A DNA stretch of 64,000 bases from a virus: the IMG/VR virus record IMGVR_UViG_3300029393_000004, one strand, 5' to 3'. Shown in pieces: positions 9,401 to 19,189 of this stretch (its first letter is position 1; every line of letters starts with the position of its first letter). A model generated the notes under the pieces. It was not told the DNA's origin. It saw only the letters and a list, made by a program, of their open reading frames with translations, and searched no databases. The translations under genes and the position numbers were made by a program.

Positions 9401-10133
9401 CTTTATGTCTCCAATGAGAAAGCGTGTGCATCTGCCAATAAGAACCGCCGTAAATGTCAGTGTTAGAAAGACGACTGTTGATGTGATGAAGAATCTTGTC
9501 ATCTCCGACATAGATAGCAACGTGATCAGCGCCGTTTGTACCCATCTGAATCAAGAAGATGTCGCCTTTCTTCGGCGTACCGTTAATTTTCTGGAAACCA
9601 ATTTCAGAGGCTTTGCGCTCGAAGTAGCCTTCTTCATTCATCCAAGGGTCTTCGTCTCGCTCCCATTCTCCGAGGTCGATGTCGTATTCTTGCTTGTAGT
9701 AGTCTCTGAGGAGGGTATAGCAGTCAAACGTGCCATAGCAGTAATTTCTTCCGACCAAAGGCTGTACAAAACCAGAAGGTACAAGAACTTCAATGTTCTC
9801 GCCAAAATAAATTTCACCTTTTTCATTCTTATGCACCTCTCCGATGAACCAAGTCATCTCAGTGTTTTCGCATCCTTGTTTGTCTGCGTCGCTCGGTTTT
9901 GCGTCGGTGTTGCAGTGCGTATGCCATGCTCCGATGATTTCTCCTTTGCAGAGCACTTCGGCGTACTCGGAAGCAGAGATCAAGAAGTTATGTTCGGGTT
10001 CGCTAGAGATGTTTTTACATTCAACTGGAACGCCTTTCTTGCCTCTTTTGTAGATCAAACCGCAAGATTCTTTGGGAAAGTTTCTAATTCCCGCTTCTTT
10101 CATCAAATTAAAAAGTTCTTTAGTTACTTTCAT
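9378..10133 (-). CDS. K: tail tip assembly protein, lambda gpK family (MPN/JAMM + NlpC/P60)
   Basis: JAMM-like motif GAWHTHCNTDAKPSDADK, plus an NlpC/P60 cysteine peptidase-like C-terminal half. 251 aa. Confidence 0.8.
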   Translation of the reverse strand: MKVTKELFNLMKEAGIRNFPKESCGLIYKRGKKGVPVECKNISSEPEHNFLISASEYAEVLCKGEIIGAWHTHCNTDAKPSDADKQGCENTEMTWFIGEVHKNEKGEIYFGENIEVLVPSGFVQPLVGRNYCYGTFDCYTLLRDYYKQEYDIDLGEWERDEDPWMNEEGYFERKASEIGFQKINGTPKKGDIFLIQMGTNGADHVAIYVGDDKILHHINSRLSNTDIYGGSYWQMHTLSHWRHKDVNENLS

Positions 10134-10838
10134 TTAGCTTCTCGTTGCTCCAGGAAAACCGCCGAAGGGCAGAATGCACCCTTGACCGCCGTAGGAATAC
10201 CAACGCACTTCACACGCTTTTAAAGTCTTAGGACACGTATCTTCTTTTGCGTTGGTTGTAAGTTTGTTGTTCTTGTCATAAAAGGCGCCTTGATAATTAC
10301 AATTACCGTCTCTGTACCGCCACTGACAAGAGTTTTGAATAATTTGTCTTCTCGGAAGTTTCACGCCTTGAAGGTCATAAGCGCTGGCTAATTCCCATTC
10401 AATCAAATACCGAGTCTCAGTTGTCTTTTTGTCAACAAACCAAATATCAGCGGGAAACTCTTGAGTAGGGTCTGCCGAATCATTCCCATTAGGAAAATTA
10501 TCAGCATCAAGGTATCGAGCGAATGTTCTTCGTCTAACCAACTTAGCGCCAATAAGATCGTCACACTCTCTAAGCAAAGCGGAGAAAATACCGTTGACAT
10601 TAGCGACTCTTAGTTTGGGCTTGGGGAGACTGCCTTGCGTGTTAATGTCAAAGCCTTCGGTTTCGATAGGAAGAGCTGTATATTCTTTACCTTTCCATTT
10701 TATGTTCGTGCTAAAACCAGATGTGCCACAATGAAAACGGAAAGGTTCTTCGTTTGCTTCGGCATTCGGCAATGTCAGCTCGTACATCTCAATTAAAGCT
10801 GTGGGAGCTAAAGTCTGTTGTTCTGTTTGAATCGTCAT
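10134..10838 (-). CDS. L: minor tail protein, lambda gpL family
   Basis: 234 aa. KLVRRRTFARYLDADNFPNGN...CQWRYRDGNCNYQG parallels the lambda L region, including the conserved cysteines. Confidence 0.85.
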   Translation of the reverse strand: MTIQTEQQTLAPTALIEMYELTLPNAEANEEPFRFHCGTSGFSTNIKWKGKEYTALPIETEGFDINTQGSLPKPKLRVANVNGIFSALLRECDDLIGAKLVRRRTFARYLDADNFPNGNDSADPTQEFPADIWFVDKKTTETRYLIEWELASAYDLQGVKLPRRQIIQNSCQWRYRDGNCNYQGAFYDKNNKLTTNAKEDTCPKTLKACEVRWYSYGGQGCILPFGGFPGATRS

Positions 10839-11173
10839 TATTCAAATACCTGTTCAAATTTTGCAGACAGCTCAAACACGCCGAAACTTGTTTGCTTGCC
10901 AGTCCAAGACCGACAAACAAAATGAAGGGTTTCTCCTTCGGGCGTCTTCCATTCAAAAGTTTCAGAAGCGCCCCGCTCTCTCAAAAACTTTTTGATTGAA
11001 GCGTGCGTTTCTAAGTTTGTTGTAAAAGTTACAGACCAGTTTCGAGGAGTTGTGTTGATTAAATAACCCACACGAGTTTCGTAACCGTCACCGAATTTGG
11101 TGACGTTTACGAATGGCTGCTCCTCACAAGTAGCCCCCAAGTCAGGGCTCCAAGTAAATTTCGGATATTCCAT
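10838..11173 (-). CDS. M: minor tail protein, lambda gpM family
   Basis: 111 aa, immediately between the tape measure protein and L. Confidence 0.75.
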   Translation of the reverse strand: MEYPKFTWSPDLGATCEEQPFVNVTKFGDGYETRVGYLINTTPRNWSVTFTTNLETHASIKKFLRERGASETFEWKTPEGETLHFVCRSWTGKQTSFGVFELSAKFEQVFE

Positions 11174-14100
11174 TTATGCTCCCGCAAGAAGTCCGCCAGG
11201 ACGAGACTGCGTAATAATTTCTTGTCTAACGAGTGTCTTGATTCGGTTGGCGAGCTTTGCCATGTCAGTAGAATCTTTGCCTGCTTGAGTTGCGTCGGCA
11301 GTTTGGGTTTCGGCAGAACCGTTGTTTGTATTGCTTACATTGATAACAATGCTGATATTGTTCCCCCCAACAGACTCACCTGTTCCGTTACCTCTGAATG
11401 AAACAGGAATCGAACGTCCGTCAGGCAGAGGAACATAGGCTTCAGGCATTGAACCTTCGCCAAATAAAGCAAGCTGAGGAGAGTTCGCAATACCACCACT
11501 GGCATACTTACGAAGATCAAGCTCTCCGTTCGATGTCATTACTCCGCCTTTCGCAAACCTTGTCCAAGCAGAACCGCTAAAAGCGGCTTTCCCCGCTTCT
11601 GCAAAGTAATTAGCATTACTTGCGGCCGAAGCGTCAAAACCAGCTCCACTTAAACCAAAACTACCGCCTGTCGATGCTCCGACGCCACCAACTACAGCGC
11701 CGACAACACTGCTAATAATTCCACCCACTCCGCTTCCAGAAGAACCGCTAGAAAGCGACATGATGAATTGCCCGATAGCAGTAGAAGCAGAAGAAAAGGC
11801 ATTCTTCAAACTTTCAATCGGACTACCGCAAAACTCCAAGAAGCCGTCGGAAAGTTTGCCCATGTTGTCCCCGAAGTTTCCGAAGAAGTTCTTTGTAGAG
11901 TTCCAAAGACCACCGATGCCATCAGAGAAAGATGTTGTGAAGCTGTTCCACCAAGAGGTTTGAGCGTTGCTCGATGCGAATACCGCTGTACCGTCGTTAA
12001 TTGAACCCGTATAACCAATTTGTGCGCCCGTATCATCTGACATCAATGCGGAAGAATAATCGTGCGTGTAATACGGGCTGTAATAAGCGTCGTAAGGATT
12101 AACTTGTGGCGTTCTGAAGTAGTTGCCCGCAACAAAGTTGCTATAAAACCCGTTACCGAGCATTGCATTTGCGATATTGCCCGCTTGATAATAACCCGCT
12201 TTCTGTCTCATTGCTTCGACATCATTGCCAAAGAATCCTGCGATTCCTTGATTCATCATGCCTGTAATTTGAGAAAGCAACGGAGCAAAAGTGCCCTGAA
12301 GAATCTGTCTTCTAATCAGTCTTAGTAAGTTGTACGCATAATCACGCCAAGAATCAAGATTTCCGTCAAGCATCTGCTCAGTCATATCGATGAACCCGTT
12401 CATCATCTCAGACTGAAGATCATCTAATGCTTTAGAAAGATCAGTCCATTGAAGAACTAACTGCTGACCCGCTGTGGCATTATCTCTAAGCCACTTTTCT
12501 TGAGCCTCTGCATAACGATCATTGAAAGAATTTTCGAGATCAAGAATGGCCTTGTTAGCTTTGTCAATCTCTTGCTTCTTCGCTTCTGCATTAAGAGTCT
12601 TGTTGGCTTCGGTTGCCTTGATGATGTCTCTTTGACGAAGAATCTCGGCATTCATATTTGCTCGATTTTCTTCCCACTCTCTATCAAAGACAACTTTGCT
12701 AGCTTGCGTAGAGTTCAGACCGTAACCTTCCCTCTCTTTTCGCATTTCAAGCGTAGCTTTTCTATTTTCTACTGCTTTTTGAAGCATTGCAGAAGAACCG
12801 ACGCTTAACTGGCCTAAAAGCGAAAAGGCTTTGAGTTGTTCAAATTGCTTGGAAGACTTGTCGATTTGAGTAAGGGCTTTGGCAACCGCTCTATCGAAAC
12901 TTGTTACAGCAGAAGGTAACTTTTCAGTACCGCCGTTTTCAAAAATAAAAGCGGCATTTTCATAGTTCTCTTCTGCCTGAGCTGTTTCTGTAGCAATCTT
13001 TGTAATTGCTTGATTCATTAACTTGCTTTGTTCCGCCAAACGCTTCATTTCGGCAAGTTCGATCAATGTCTTTTTAGTCACAGGGTCTTTTTTATTCCAA
13101 TCAACATTATCTGCTGAAAGATCACCTTTCTTTTTCAAATAAGGAGAGTCTTGCGGATTTTTGTTGCTTAAAGACAGACCGCCGTTCAGCAACTTAGCGA
13201 GAACAAAGGCTTTCGCATATTCCATGCCCTTCTTGCCTTGTCCTGCAAGCATAGAAGCAAGGTCAGCTTGATTTTCATCAATAGTCGCCTGAAGAGAATT
13301 AACGAATTTAACGTTTTGAGGAACGTAATAAGAAGGAGTTGTCCCCGTTCCATTTTTAGGCTTTCCGTTACCAGCAGAACTAGTCGGGTCAATCGCATTA
13401 AGAAACTTTTTACCGTCTTTAGAAACAACTTTTGCTTTATTTAAAGTCCCTTCTTCGACGCTCTTCATCACACTCGAAACATCGCCAGAAGCACCACCTT
13501 CGGCAAGACCAAATGAATAATTTGCAACCCCGTTAGCGCTGGATGCAATTTCAGATTGTCCTTGAGCTTTAAACTGTTTAGCTACAAGGGCTTCGAGCAT
13601 CTTGCCGAATTTCGCAATTGCTTCTTCACTGCCTTTAATCTCTTTGCTAAGAGATTGGAAAGCTAGTTTTTCAGGCGCATAAATCTTTTCAAGAACGTCA
13701 TCAATGCGTTTTAATTCTGCTTCTTTGCGGGCTTCGTCTTCTTTGTTTAATGCTTCATAGTGCTGTACTTGGTACTTATGCTCAAGAATGTTGTCAACTT
13801 TGTATTTGCGACGATTTCCATCTTTGGACTTATAGCCGAAGAAGTCAGTCTCAAAATCAGCTTTCTGTAATTTTGCTAATGCCTGTTCATAGATTTTTTG
13901 GTAAACAGACATCATTTCAGCAATCTTATCGTTCGCTTTAGAAGCTACCGACTGATCAGGTAATGCTCTTCCTTGTTCGTCTGTGCGAATTCCTTTGCCC
14001 GTCTTGCCCTGAGCAATAGCAAGCGTTTTATTGTTTGTTTCGACAGTTTTTGTTAACTGTTCGATAGCCTGAGTCAAAGACAGAGTATCGACATTGAACA

Positions 14101-17100
14101 AACCTTCTTTAGTAAAAGCGTTTTCGTTAAGCAAACCTTGAGCCTTTAACTGACTCAAAACGCCCATACCAGAATGCTGATTTCCAAATTCATCAACAAT
14201 ATCGTCGCTATATTGACCCTGATAGCCCTCGGATTTAAGAGTTTGCAAAACTGCTTTTGCGCCCTGCAAAAGTTGAGCATTGTTGTTCTGGGTCTGAACC
14301 ATCTGCACATAAGGCTTCTGAGCTTCAGACAGAATTTGAGCTTTGCCCATACCGAGCTTATCTTTAAGCTCTTTTAATCTTTCTTCAATGATGTCTCCGA
14401 GCTTTTTAGTTTCTCCATCAACAGTAATGTTGATGTCATAGAACCAACCCGCAACAATCGAAGCAAGGTCAAAGGCTAAGAAAGCTGTGCCGACGACAGG
14501 CAACATCTTTAAGAACAACCCGCCAATTTTGCCGACAATGCTTCCAACAGAAACAAATGTCTTCGTGAATTTGGTTGTAATCTTGTCGCAAAAACCGCTG
14601 ACTGGCTGATAAGCCTTATCAAAATAGCCTACAGGGAACAACTTGCTATTCAGCGGAGTGGGTATTAACGGCTTATTCGGACTCTTAGCATGAGCCATTG
14701 TGTATGAACTTGGAATAACACCATCCATTTCAGACGGTCTTTTCATGACGCCCTTTAACTGCAAGTCAGCAACTGCCGCCTCATGCAATCTCTTAAAGCC
14801 CAAAGCCGCTAAACCAAGAGCTGGAACCATACCTGTGATTGTGACAAGCAAGCCGTTCATCATGGCAAGCATGGGATGATTTTCATTAAATTCAGCAATG
14901 GCAGTAATGAATTTAGAAACCGATCTTGTGATGTCGGCAAATTCAGCAACCAACGGCTTCATTGACTCGCCTAAACGGGTCATTGCAACTGTGAATTCTT
15001 GAGAAGCGACGCCCCAATTTCCCTTCGCATACTGCTCTTCGAGCCATTCCATAGGATTCATTTGGCGTTTAGAAGAGTCAATCGTGTATTGAGAACGCTT
15101 CAAGAAGAACGGGTTCATAAAAGTTGCCATAGCCGTAGTGGTACGGTGCTGGAAGCCCATCTGAGCGATTAAAGAAGTAATTGCTTTCTGTTCATCAAGC
15201 GTGGTGACGTTCTTTAAACGACCATTCTTAGCGTCAATCTGATCATCTCGATAAAATCTGCGGGCTTTCTTCTCGTCGAATTTGCCGTTTCTATCAAGAT
15301 ATGTGCCACGCAAAAATGCGTCACGCATGGCGCCCATTGTCTTAACAGGGTTGTCCCACATACCCTGCTTGTCTTGGAAACCAGCTTTGGCGATTTCTTT
15401 ATCAGCCCCGTTAAGAACCTCAATCGTCTGTTGAGCGATATTTTGAAAGTCGCTCATTGCTTGAGTAAAAGTAATACCGCCCTGAGTAGCAACTTCGCCT
15501 GATTCAGTATCAAGAAGACGATAGATTTTTCCGTCGGCGCCAATATTGAACAATTCCGACATCATCTTCTTGGCGTTGATGGATGTCGGTTTGCCAGAGG
15601 CGGTTAACTGCAACATCTTGATCAAGTTACCGACAGTGGAGATACCTGCGCCAGCTCCGCCACCACCACCGTGACCAGCGACTTTAATCTGTTCAGCGAA
15701 AGCCACAAGGTTCAGCAAACCTTCATCAGACATCAAAGGAGCGCCAGGGCCAAGGTTTCTCAGAATCGTTTCAAAGTCTTTAACAGTAACTTTGCCACCG
15801 GTTACATTCTCAATCTGCCACAACGTTTTAAAAGTCTTCAACATTGCATCAGGGTCGAGAGTTTGCTGTCTTGCTTCAACCACACCGAAGAAGTTCTTAA
15901 TCACGTCGGAGATTGAGTCGGTGGTATAACCGAGCATTTTGCTACCCTGAGCATATTGAACGGCTGTAGGAAGAACCTTCTTCAAGGCTTCGGGGTCAAA
16001 GTGACCCATAGAAGTCATGCCAGCAAGAGTTGCATCTGTAGCTTCAGCTCGTGATAAAAGAGAATTCTTCTGAAGAATCTTGTCAGCAATAAGATCAAAT
16101 TGATAACGGTCTTTCTTAGAAAGATTCCAAGTGTCAACCTGAGATTCAATTTTCTGAAGTCTTTCAACGCTGTCAAAAACACCTCGGAGCATTCTTTCGC
16201 CTAAGAAAGCTCCGCCACCGAGCATAAGAGCGGTTTCCAAACCACCGCCTCTTATTCCCATTAAACGAGTTGTTTCTCTATCCCAGCGTTTGGCATCGCG
16301 TTCTGCGCTTCTGGCAGAACGTTTAATTTGAGTCTCTTGGTCTCTTCTCTTTTTCTCGTCTAATTTAGCCTTGTCTGCAAGAGAACGAGACTTGGTGTTT
16401 TCTTCATGTAGATTGGCGGCTGTAGCCAAGTTAATGAAATTCAGTCTTTCAGAATCTTTAGCTACAAACCGATCTTTTACACGAACGACGCCTCGGGAAG
16501 CTCTGGCAAGTTTTGCGCCCAATGAATATTGCTCGGCATTTTCGGCTTTTCTTTGTTCGACATAAGAAAAATTACTCTGAAGTGCTTTATTTGCGGCGGC
16601 TAAATCTTTTCTAACTTGGTAATACTCTGGCCCCTTTTTACGCCCCTTCGGAGAACTTCTTAGAATGCTTGTCATCTTCTGTTGAAGTTCAGGAATAATT
16701 TTGTTCTGGAGCTTTCGGGCGGCAGTTAGATGTTCAGAAACTTCACCATAGACTTGTAAAGCATCTCTTGCTCTTTGATCAATTTGTTTGAATTCTTTGC
16801 CAAACCCCTTTCCCCGAGAAATTGATTTGGCGGTACTTAAAGAGATGCGGTTGTGTCCTTTTGCTAAACTGCTTCCTAATTTGTCTAAGACTTCAATTTG
16901 CTTGCAAAAGCCATCGAATGCCTTTATAAATTTAGGGGTAAATTTATACTTCCCGCTAGTAAAGTCCTTTTCGACTCCCCCGACAATTTTGTTCCAAGTT
17001 TTATCAAGGTTCCCATGAAGTGTCTTAGCGAGTTTATTTTGAGCCGCATCCAATGGCTTAAAGCTGTCAGCCATTGCCTTGCCAGTTCTTTGACTGGCTA

Positions 17101-17224
17101 TTTCGGCATTATTAAACGCTTGCTCAACCTCATGTATTTTGCGCTTAGTTGCGTCAGCGTTTCTAAGAAACCGAGAGGTATCTAAACTTAAACTAACCGA
17201 AAGGGAGTCAATTATGCCAGTCAT
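11174..17224 (-). CDS. H: tail tape measure protein (2016 aa)
   Basis: Very long, coiled-coil and Gly-rich ORF between the chaperone genes and gpM. Confidence 0.85.
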   Translation of the reverse strand: MTGIIDSLSVSLSLDTSRFLRNADATKRKIHEVEQAFNNAEIASQRTGKAMADSFKPLDAAQNKLAKTLHGNLDKTWNKIVGGVEKDFTSGKYKFTPKFIKAFDGFCKQIEVLDKLGSSLAKGHNRISLSTAKSISRGKGFGKEFKQIDQRARDALQVYGEVSEHLTAARKLQNKIIPELQQKMTSILRSSPKGRKKGPEYYQVRKDLAAANKALQSNFSYVEQRKAENAEQYSLGAKLARASRGVVRVKDRFVAKDSERLNFINLATAANLHEENTKSRSLADKAKLDEKKRRDQETQIKRSARSAERDAKRWDRETTRLMGIRGGGLETALMLGGGAFLGERMLRGVFDSVERLQKIESQVDTWNLSKKDRYQFDLIADKILQKNSLLSRAEATDATLAGMTSMGHFDPEALKKVLPTAVQYAQGSKMLGYTTDSISDVIKNFFGVVEARQQTLDPDAMLKTFKTLWQIENVTGGKVTVKDFETILRNLGPGAPLMSDEGLLNLVAFAEQIKVAGHGGGGGAGAGISTVGNLIKMLQLTASGKPTSINAKKMMSELFNIGADGKIYRLLDTESGEVATQGGITFTQAMSDFQNIAQQTIEVLNGADKEIAKAGFQDKQGMWDNPVKTMGAMRDAFLRGTYLDRNGKFDEKKARRFYRDDQIDAKNGRLKNVTTLDEQKAITSLIAQMGFQHRTTTAMATFMNPFFLKRSQYTIDSSKRQMNPMEWLEEQYAKGNWGVASQEFTVAMTRLGESMKPLVAEFADITRSVSKFITAIAEFNENHPMLAMMNGLLVTITGMVPALGLAALGFKRLHEAAVADLQLKGVMKRPSEMDGVIPSSYTMAHAKSPNKPLIPTPLNSKLFPVGYFDKAYQPVSGFCDKITTKFTKTFVSVGSIVGKIGGLFLKMLPVVGTAFLAFDLASIVAGWFYDINITVDGETKKLGDIIEERLKELKDKLGMGKAQILSEAQKPYVQMVQTQNNNAQLLQGAKAVLQTLKSEGYQGQYSDDIVDEFGNQHSGMGVLSQLKAQGLLNENAFTKEGLFNVDTLSLTQAIEQLTKTVETNNKTLAIAQGKTGKGIRTDEQGRALPDQSVASKANDKIAEMMSVYQKIYEQALAKLQKADFETDFFGYKSKDGNRRKYKVDNILEHKYQVQHYEALNKEDEARKEAELKRIDDVLEKIYAPEKLAFQSLSKEIKGSEEAIAKFGKMLEALVAKQFKAQGQSEIASSANGVANYSFGLAEGGASGDVSSVMKSVEEGTLNKAKVVSKDGKKFLNAIDPTSSAGNGKPKNGTGTTPSYYVPQNVKFVNSLQATIDENQADLASMLAGQGKKGMEYAKAFVLAKLLNGGLSLSNKNPQDSPYLKKKGDLSADNVDWNKKDPVTKKTLIELAEMKRLAEQSKLMNQAITKIATETAQAEENYENAAFIFENGGTEKLPSAVTSFDRAVAKALTQIDKSSKQFEQLKAFSLLGQLSVGSSAMLQKAVENRKATLEMRKEREGYGLNSTQASKVVFDREWEENRANMNAEILRQRDIIKATEANKTLNAEAKKQEIDKANKAILDLENSFNDRYAEAQEKWLRDNATAGQQLVLQWTDLSKALDDLQSEMMNGFIDMTEQMLDGNLDSWRDYAYNLLRLIRRQILQGTFAPLLSQITGMMNQGIAGFFGNDVEAMRQKAGYYQAGNIANAMLGNGFYSNFVAGNYFRTPQVNPYDAYYSPYYTHDYSSALMSDDTGAQIGYTGSINDGTAVFASSNAQTSWWNSFTTSFSDGIGGLWNSTKNFFGNFGDNMGKLSDGFLEFCGSPIESLKNAFSSASTAIGQFIMSLSSGSSGSGVGGIISSVVGAVVGGVGASTGGSFGLSGAGFDASAASNANYFAEAGKAAFSGSAWTRFAKGGVMTSNGELDLRKYASGGIANSPQLALFGEGSMPEAYVPLPDGRSIPVSFRGNGTGESVGGNNISIVINVSNTNNGSAETQTADATQAGKDSTDMAKLANRIKTLVRQEIITQSRPGGLLAGA

Positions 17225-17942
17225 TTTTGCTTCTTACTCTTATTATTTTGTCTGCGAATCGTGTTTTTCAGTTCGTTGAACTGAGAGCGATTTAACCTTT
17301 CGCTCATTGGGTCAAATTTAACCTTCTGCGTTTCGCCAATTTGCATTTCAAGGCTTTCACGCAATTTCTTGACCCCTTCTCCTCCCGCCATTCCCGTGGC
17401 TACGGCCACGTGCTGAAGACTGAGGTTTCTGACATCAAACGACGCTTGTATGCGGTCGATATTTGAACTTAATGTCCAAAAAAAACGAATCGGTACAGAA
17501 AGTAACTCTCTATAGCCGATTCCATAAAAGTGCATAACCCGACAAAAGAAGTATCCAAAATCGATACTTTCAATTGTCGGTGGTGTTACTTTCCCTCTGC
17601 TGTCGCCTCTTCAGTAGCGGAAGATTCTTGAGGCTTGACAGAACCTTCTAACTCTTCGTCAGGGATGTCGTTGCGGATAAACCGAACAATCGTACCGAGC
17701 TGTTCAATCGTTGCTCCCATTAGCACGTCTTCAGGTAGATCAGGAATGAATTTGCTAATCAAAGTCGTCATTGCTTTAATCTGATCTTGAAGTGTTTCAA
17801 CGTTTGCGTTTTGCTTTTCAAATTCTGCAATTTCCAAGAACAACTTAACAGTTGTTTCGGAAACTTTGTAAGTCTTGCCGTTCAGCGTAATGGAACGATT
17901 TTCGAAGGGAGCAATGGTGTCAATGTTTAAGAGTTTTGTCAT
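17221..17942 (-). CDS. tail assembly chaperones G and GT; the fusion is made by a -1 programmed frameshift
   Basis: G frame is about 17586..17942 (MTKLLNIDTIAPFENRSITLNGKTYKV...). It ends ...AEGK-TAA with GGGAAAG (the lambda slippery heptamer) immediately before the stop, at about 17589-17595 (plus-strand coordinates). The -1 frame continues through ORF 17221..17535 (T-like segment). Confidence 0.7.
17586..17600 (-). promoter_or_regulatory. -1 programmed ribosomal frameshift site GGGAAAG at the end of the G chaperone ORF
   Basis: The heptamer is identical to the lambda G/T slippery site and lies immediately before the TAA stop. The -1 frame is open through the T-like ORF. Confidence 0.65.
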
Positions 17943-18022
17943 TGTTTTGTGAAAAGGTAGGTTGTTAAAAAATGTGCAGATTGCCCTTTTCTTTCTTCTT
18001 ATCGCAACCTGCACAATAAAAT

Positions 18023-18553
18023 TTAAGCAGTTGCAGTGATGTCGCCCATAGCGAAGAGTCTTCCTCTATCGTCTGTGTAACCTTTGAACTTCACTGGATA
18101 AATCTTTTCTTCATCATGCTTGTAGCTGAATTCGACAGAGCCTGAAGTTGCGCACTTGTAAAGCACAAAGTCGTCTTCTCTTTCCCAACTTTCATTAGTT
18201 ACAGGATGAAGAACGAGTTCTTGAGCAATGTCGATTAAAGAAGTTCCGATAGAAGTAGGAGCCTCGATTCTGCGTTTGGTCGCGTCTTCTTTATCAGTGA
18301 CAAGATACGCGCCAGGCATGATTGAAATGGCGTTTTCGAGCGTCGTTTCTGCAAGCGGAACCGTTACTTCAACTCTGCGGGAAGTAATAATATCGTTTAC
18401 AGGAGCATCACCGTACTGATCAACGTTTACTTCGTGAGTATCTGTAGTAATGGAAACGTCAACACCACCTTTGGTGTATCCGAGATCAACGCCACCGAAA
18501 GAAACTCGGCAAACGCCTAATTTGATGTTTTTTGTATCGTAAACGCCAGCCAT
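18023..18553 (-). CDS. major tail tube protein, short form (176 aa, no Ig-like domain)
   Basis: Paralogous to the N-terminal 170 aa of ORF 19190..20221 (KNIKLGVCRVSFGGVDLGYTKGGVDVSITTDTHEV...VPLAETTLENAI). Sits directly upstream of G/GT. Confidence 0.65.
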   Translation of the reverse strand: MAGVYDTKNIKLGVCRVSFGGVDLGYTKGGVDVSITTDTHEVNVDQYGDAPVNDIITSRRVEVTVPLAETTLENAISIMPGAYLVTDKEDATKRRIEAPTSIGTSLIDIAQELVLHPVTNESWEREDDFVLYKCATSGSVEFSYKHDEEKIYPVKFKGYTDDRGRLFAMGDITATA

Positions 18554-18629
18554 TTATTGTTGTTCTTTTGTACTGACTAATAGTAAGTAATTAACTACTT
18601 ATATTAGCATCTTTTTAAAATAAAATCAA

Positions 18630-19178
18630 TTACTTTCTGCGTCGGATGAAGTCTTTGATTCTCTTCTTTAGGGCTTGTTTGAGATTTCCGACAATGTTAC
18701 CTTCGGCCATAGCCCAATCCGCGGCTCGGCGCATAAACATACCGCCAGCTTCGACACCCGTTTCTTCTTGCTTGGCTAATGTTCCTTTGCCTTTAAACCA
18801 AGGTGCCCCAACGCTCGGAGGAAGGTTTTCGTTAACCTCAACTGCATAATCTCCGACACGCATATTGTCGTCGGCCATAGCATTCGCATCGACACCAATA
18901 ATGAAAGTGTTTGATTCAAACTGCCCCTGTTCATTTCGGAGCTGTCCAGTCCCGCCCTCTCGGTTGAAGGATTCGATTATGATGGCCTCTTCCAAATAAC
19001 CCTCATCAAGCGGGGCCATATCTCTAGCCATACGGCGGATTCTTTGGGCTTCGTTATAAAGATGAATTTTGCCAGCTTGGGGGACTCTTTGTTTGAGTTT
19101 TTCTAACTGCAAATACAAAGACCCCCATTCATCTTTGTTCACCTCTTTCAAGGTGATCTTTTTGGGGGTCTTCGCCAT
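18630..19178 (-). CDS. hypothetical tail or connector component
   Basis: 182-aa ORF between the two tube paralogs. Confidence 0.4.
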   Translation of the reverse strand: MAKTPKKITLKEVNKDEWGSLYLQLEKLKQRVPQAGKIHLYNEAQRIRRMARDMAPLDEGYLEEAIIIESFNREGGTGQLRNEQGQFESNTFIIGVDANAMADDNMRVGDYAVEVNENLPPSVGAPWFKGKGTLAKQEETGVEAGGMFMRRAADWAMAEGNIVGNLKQALKKRIKDFIRRRK

Positions 19179-19189
19179 AATTGTTGAAG

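Noticed and set aside
9405-10223. 272-aa plus-strand ORF
   Set aside because: Lies entirely antisense to the well-supported gpK/gpL genes, with no RBS. Shadow ORF.
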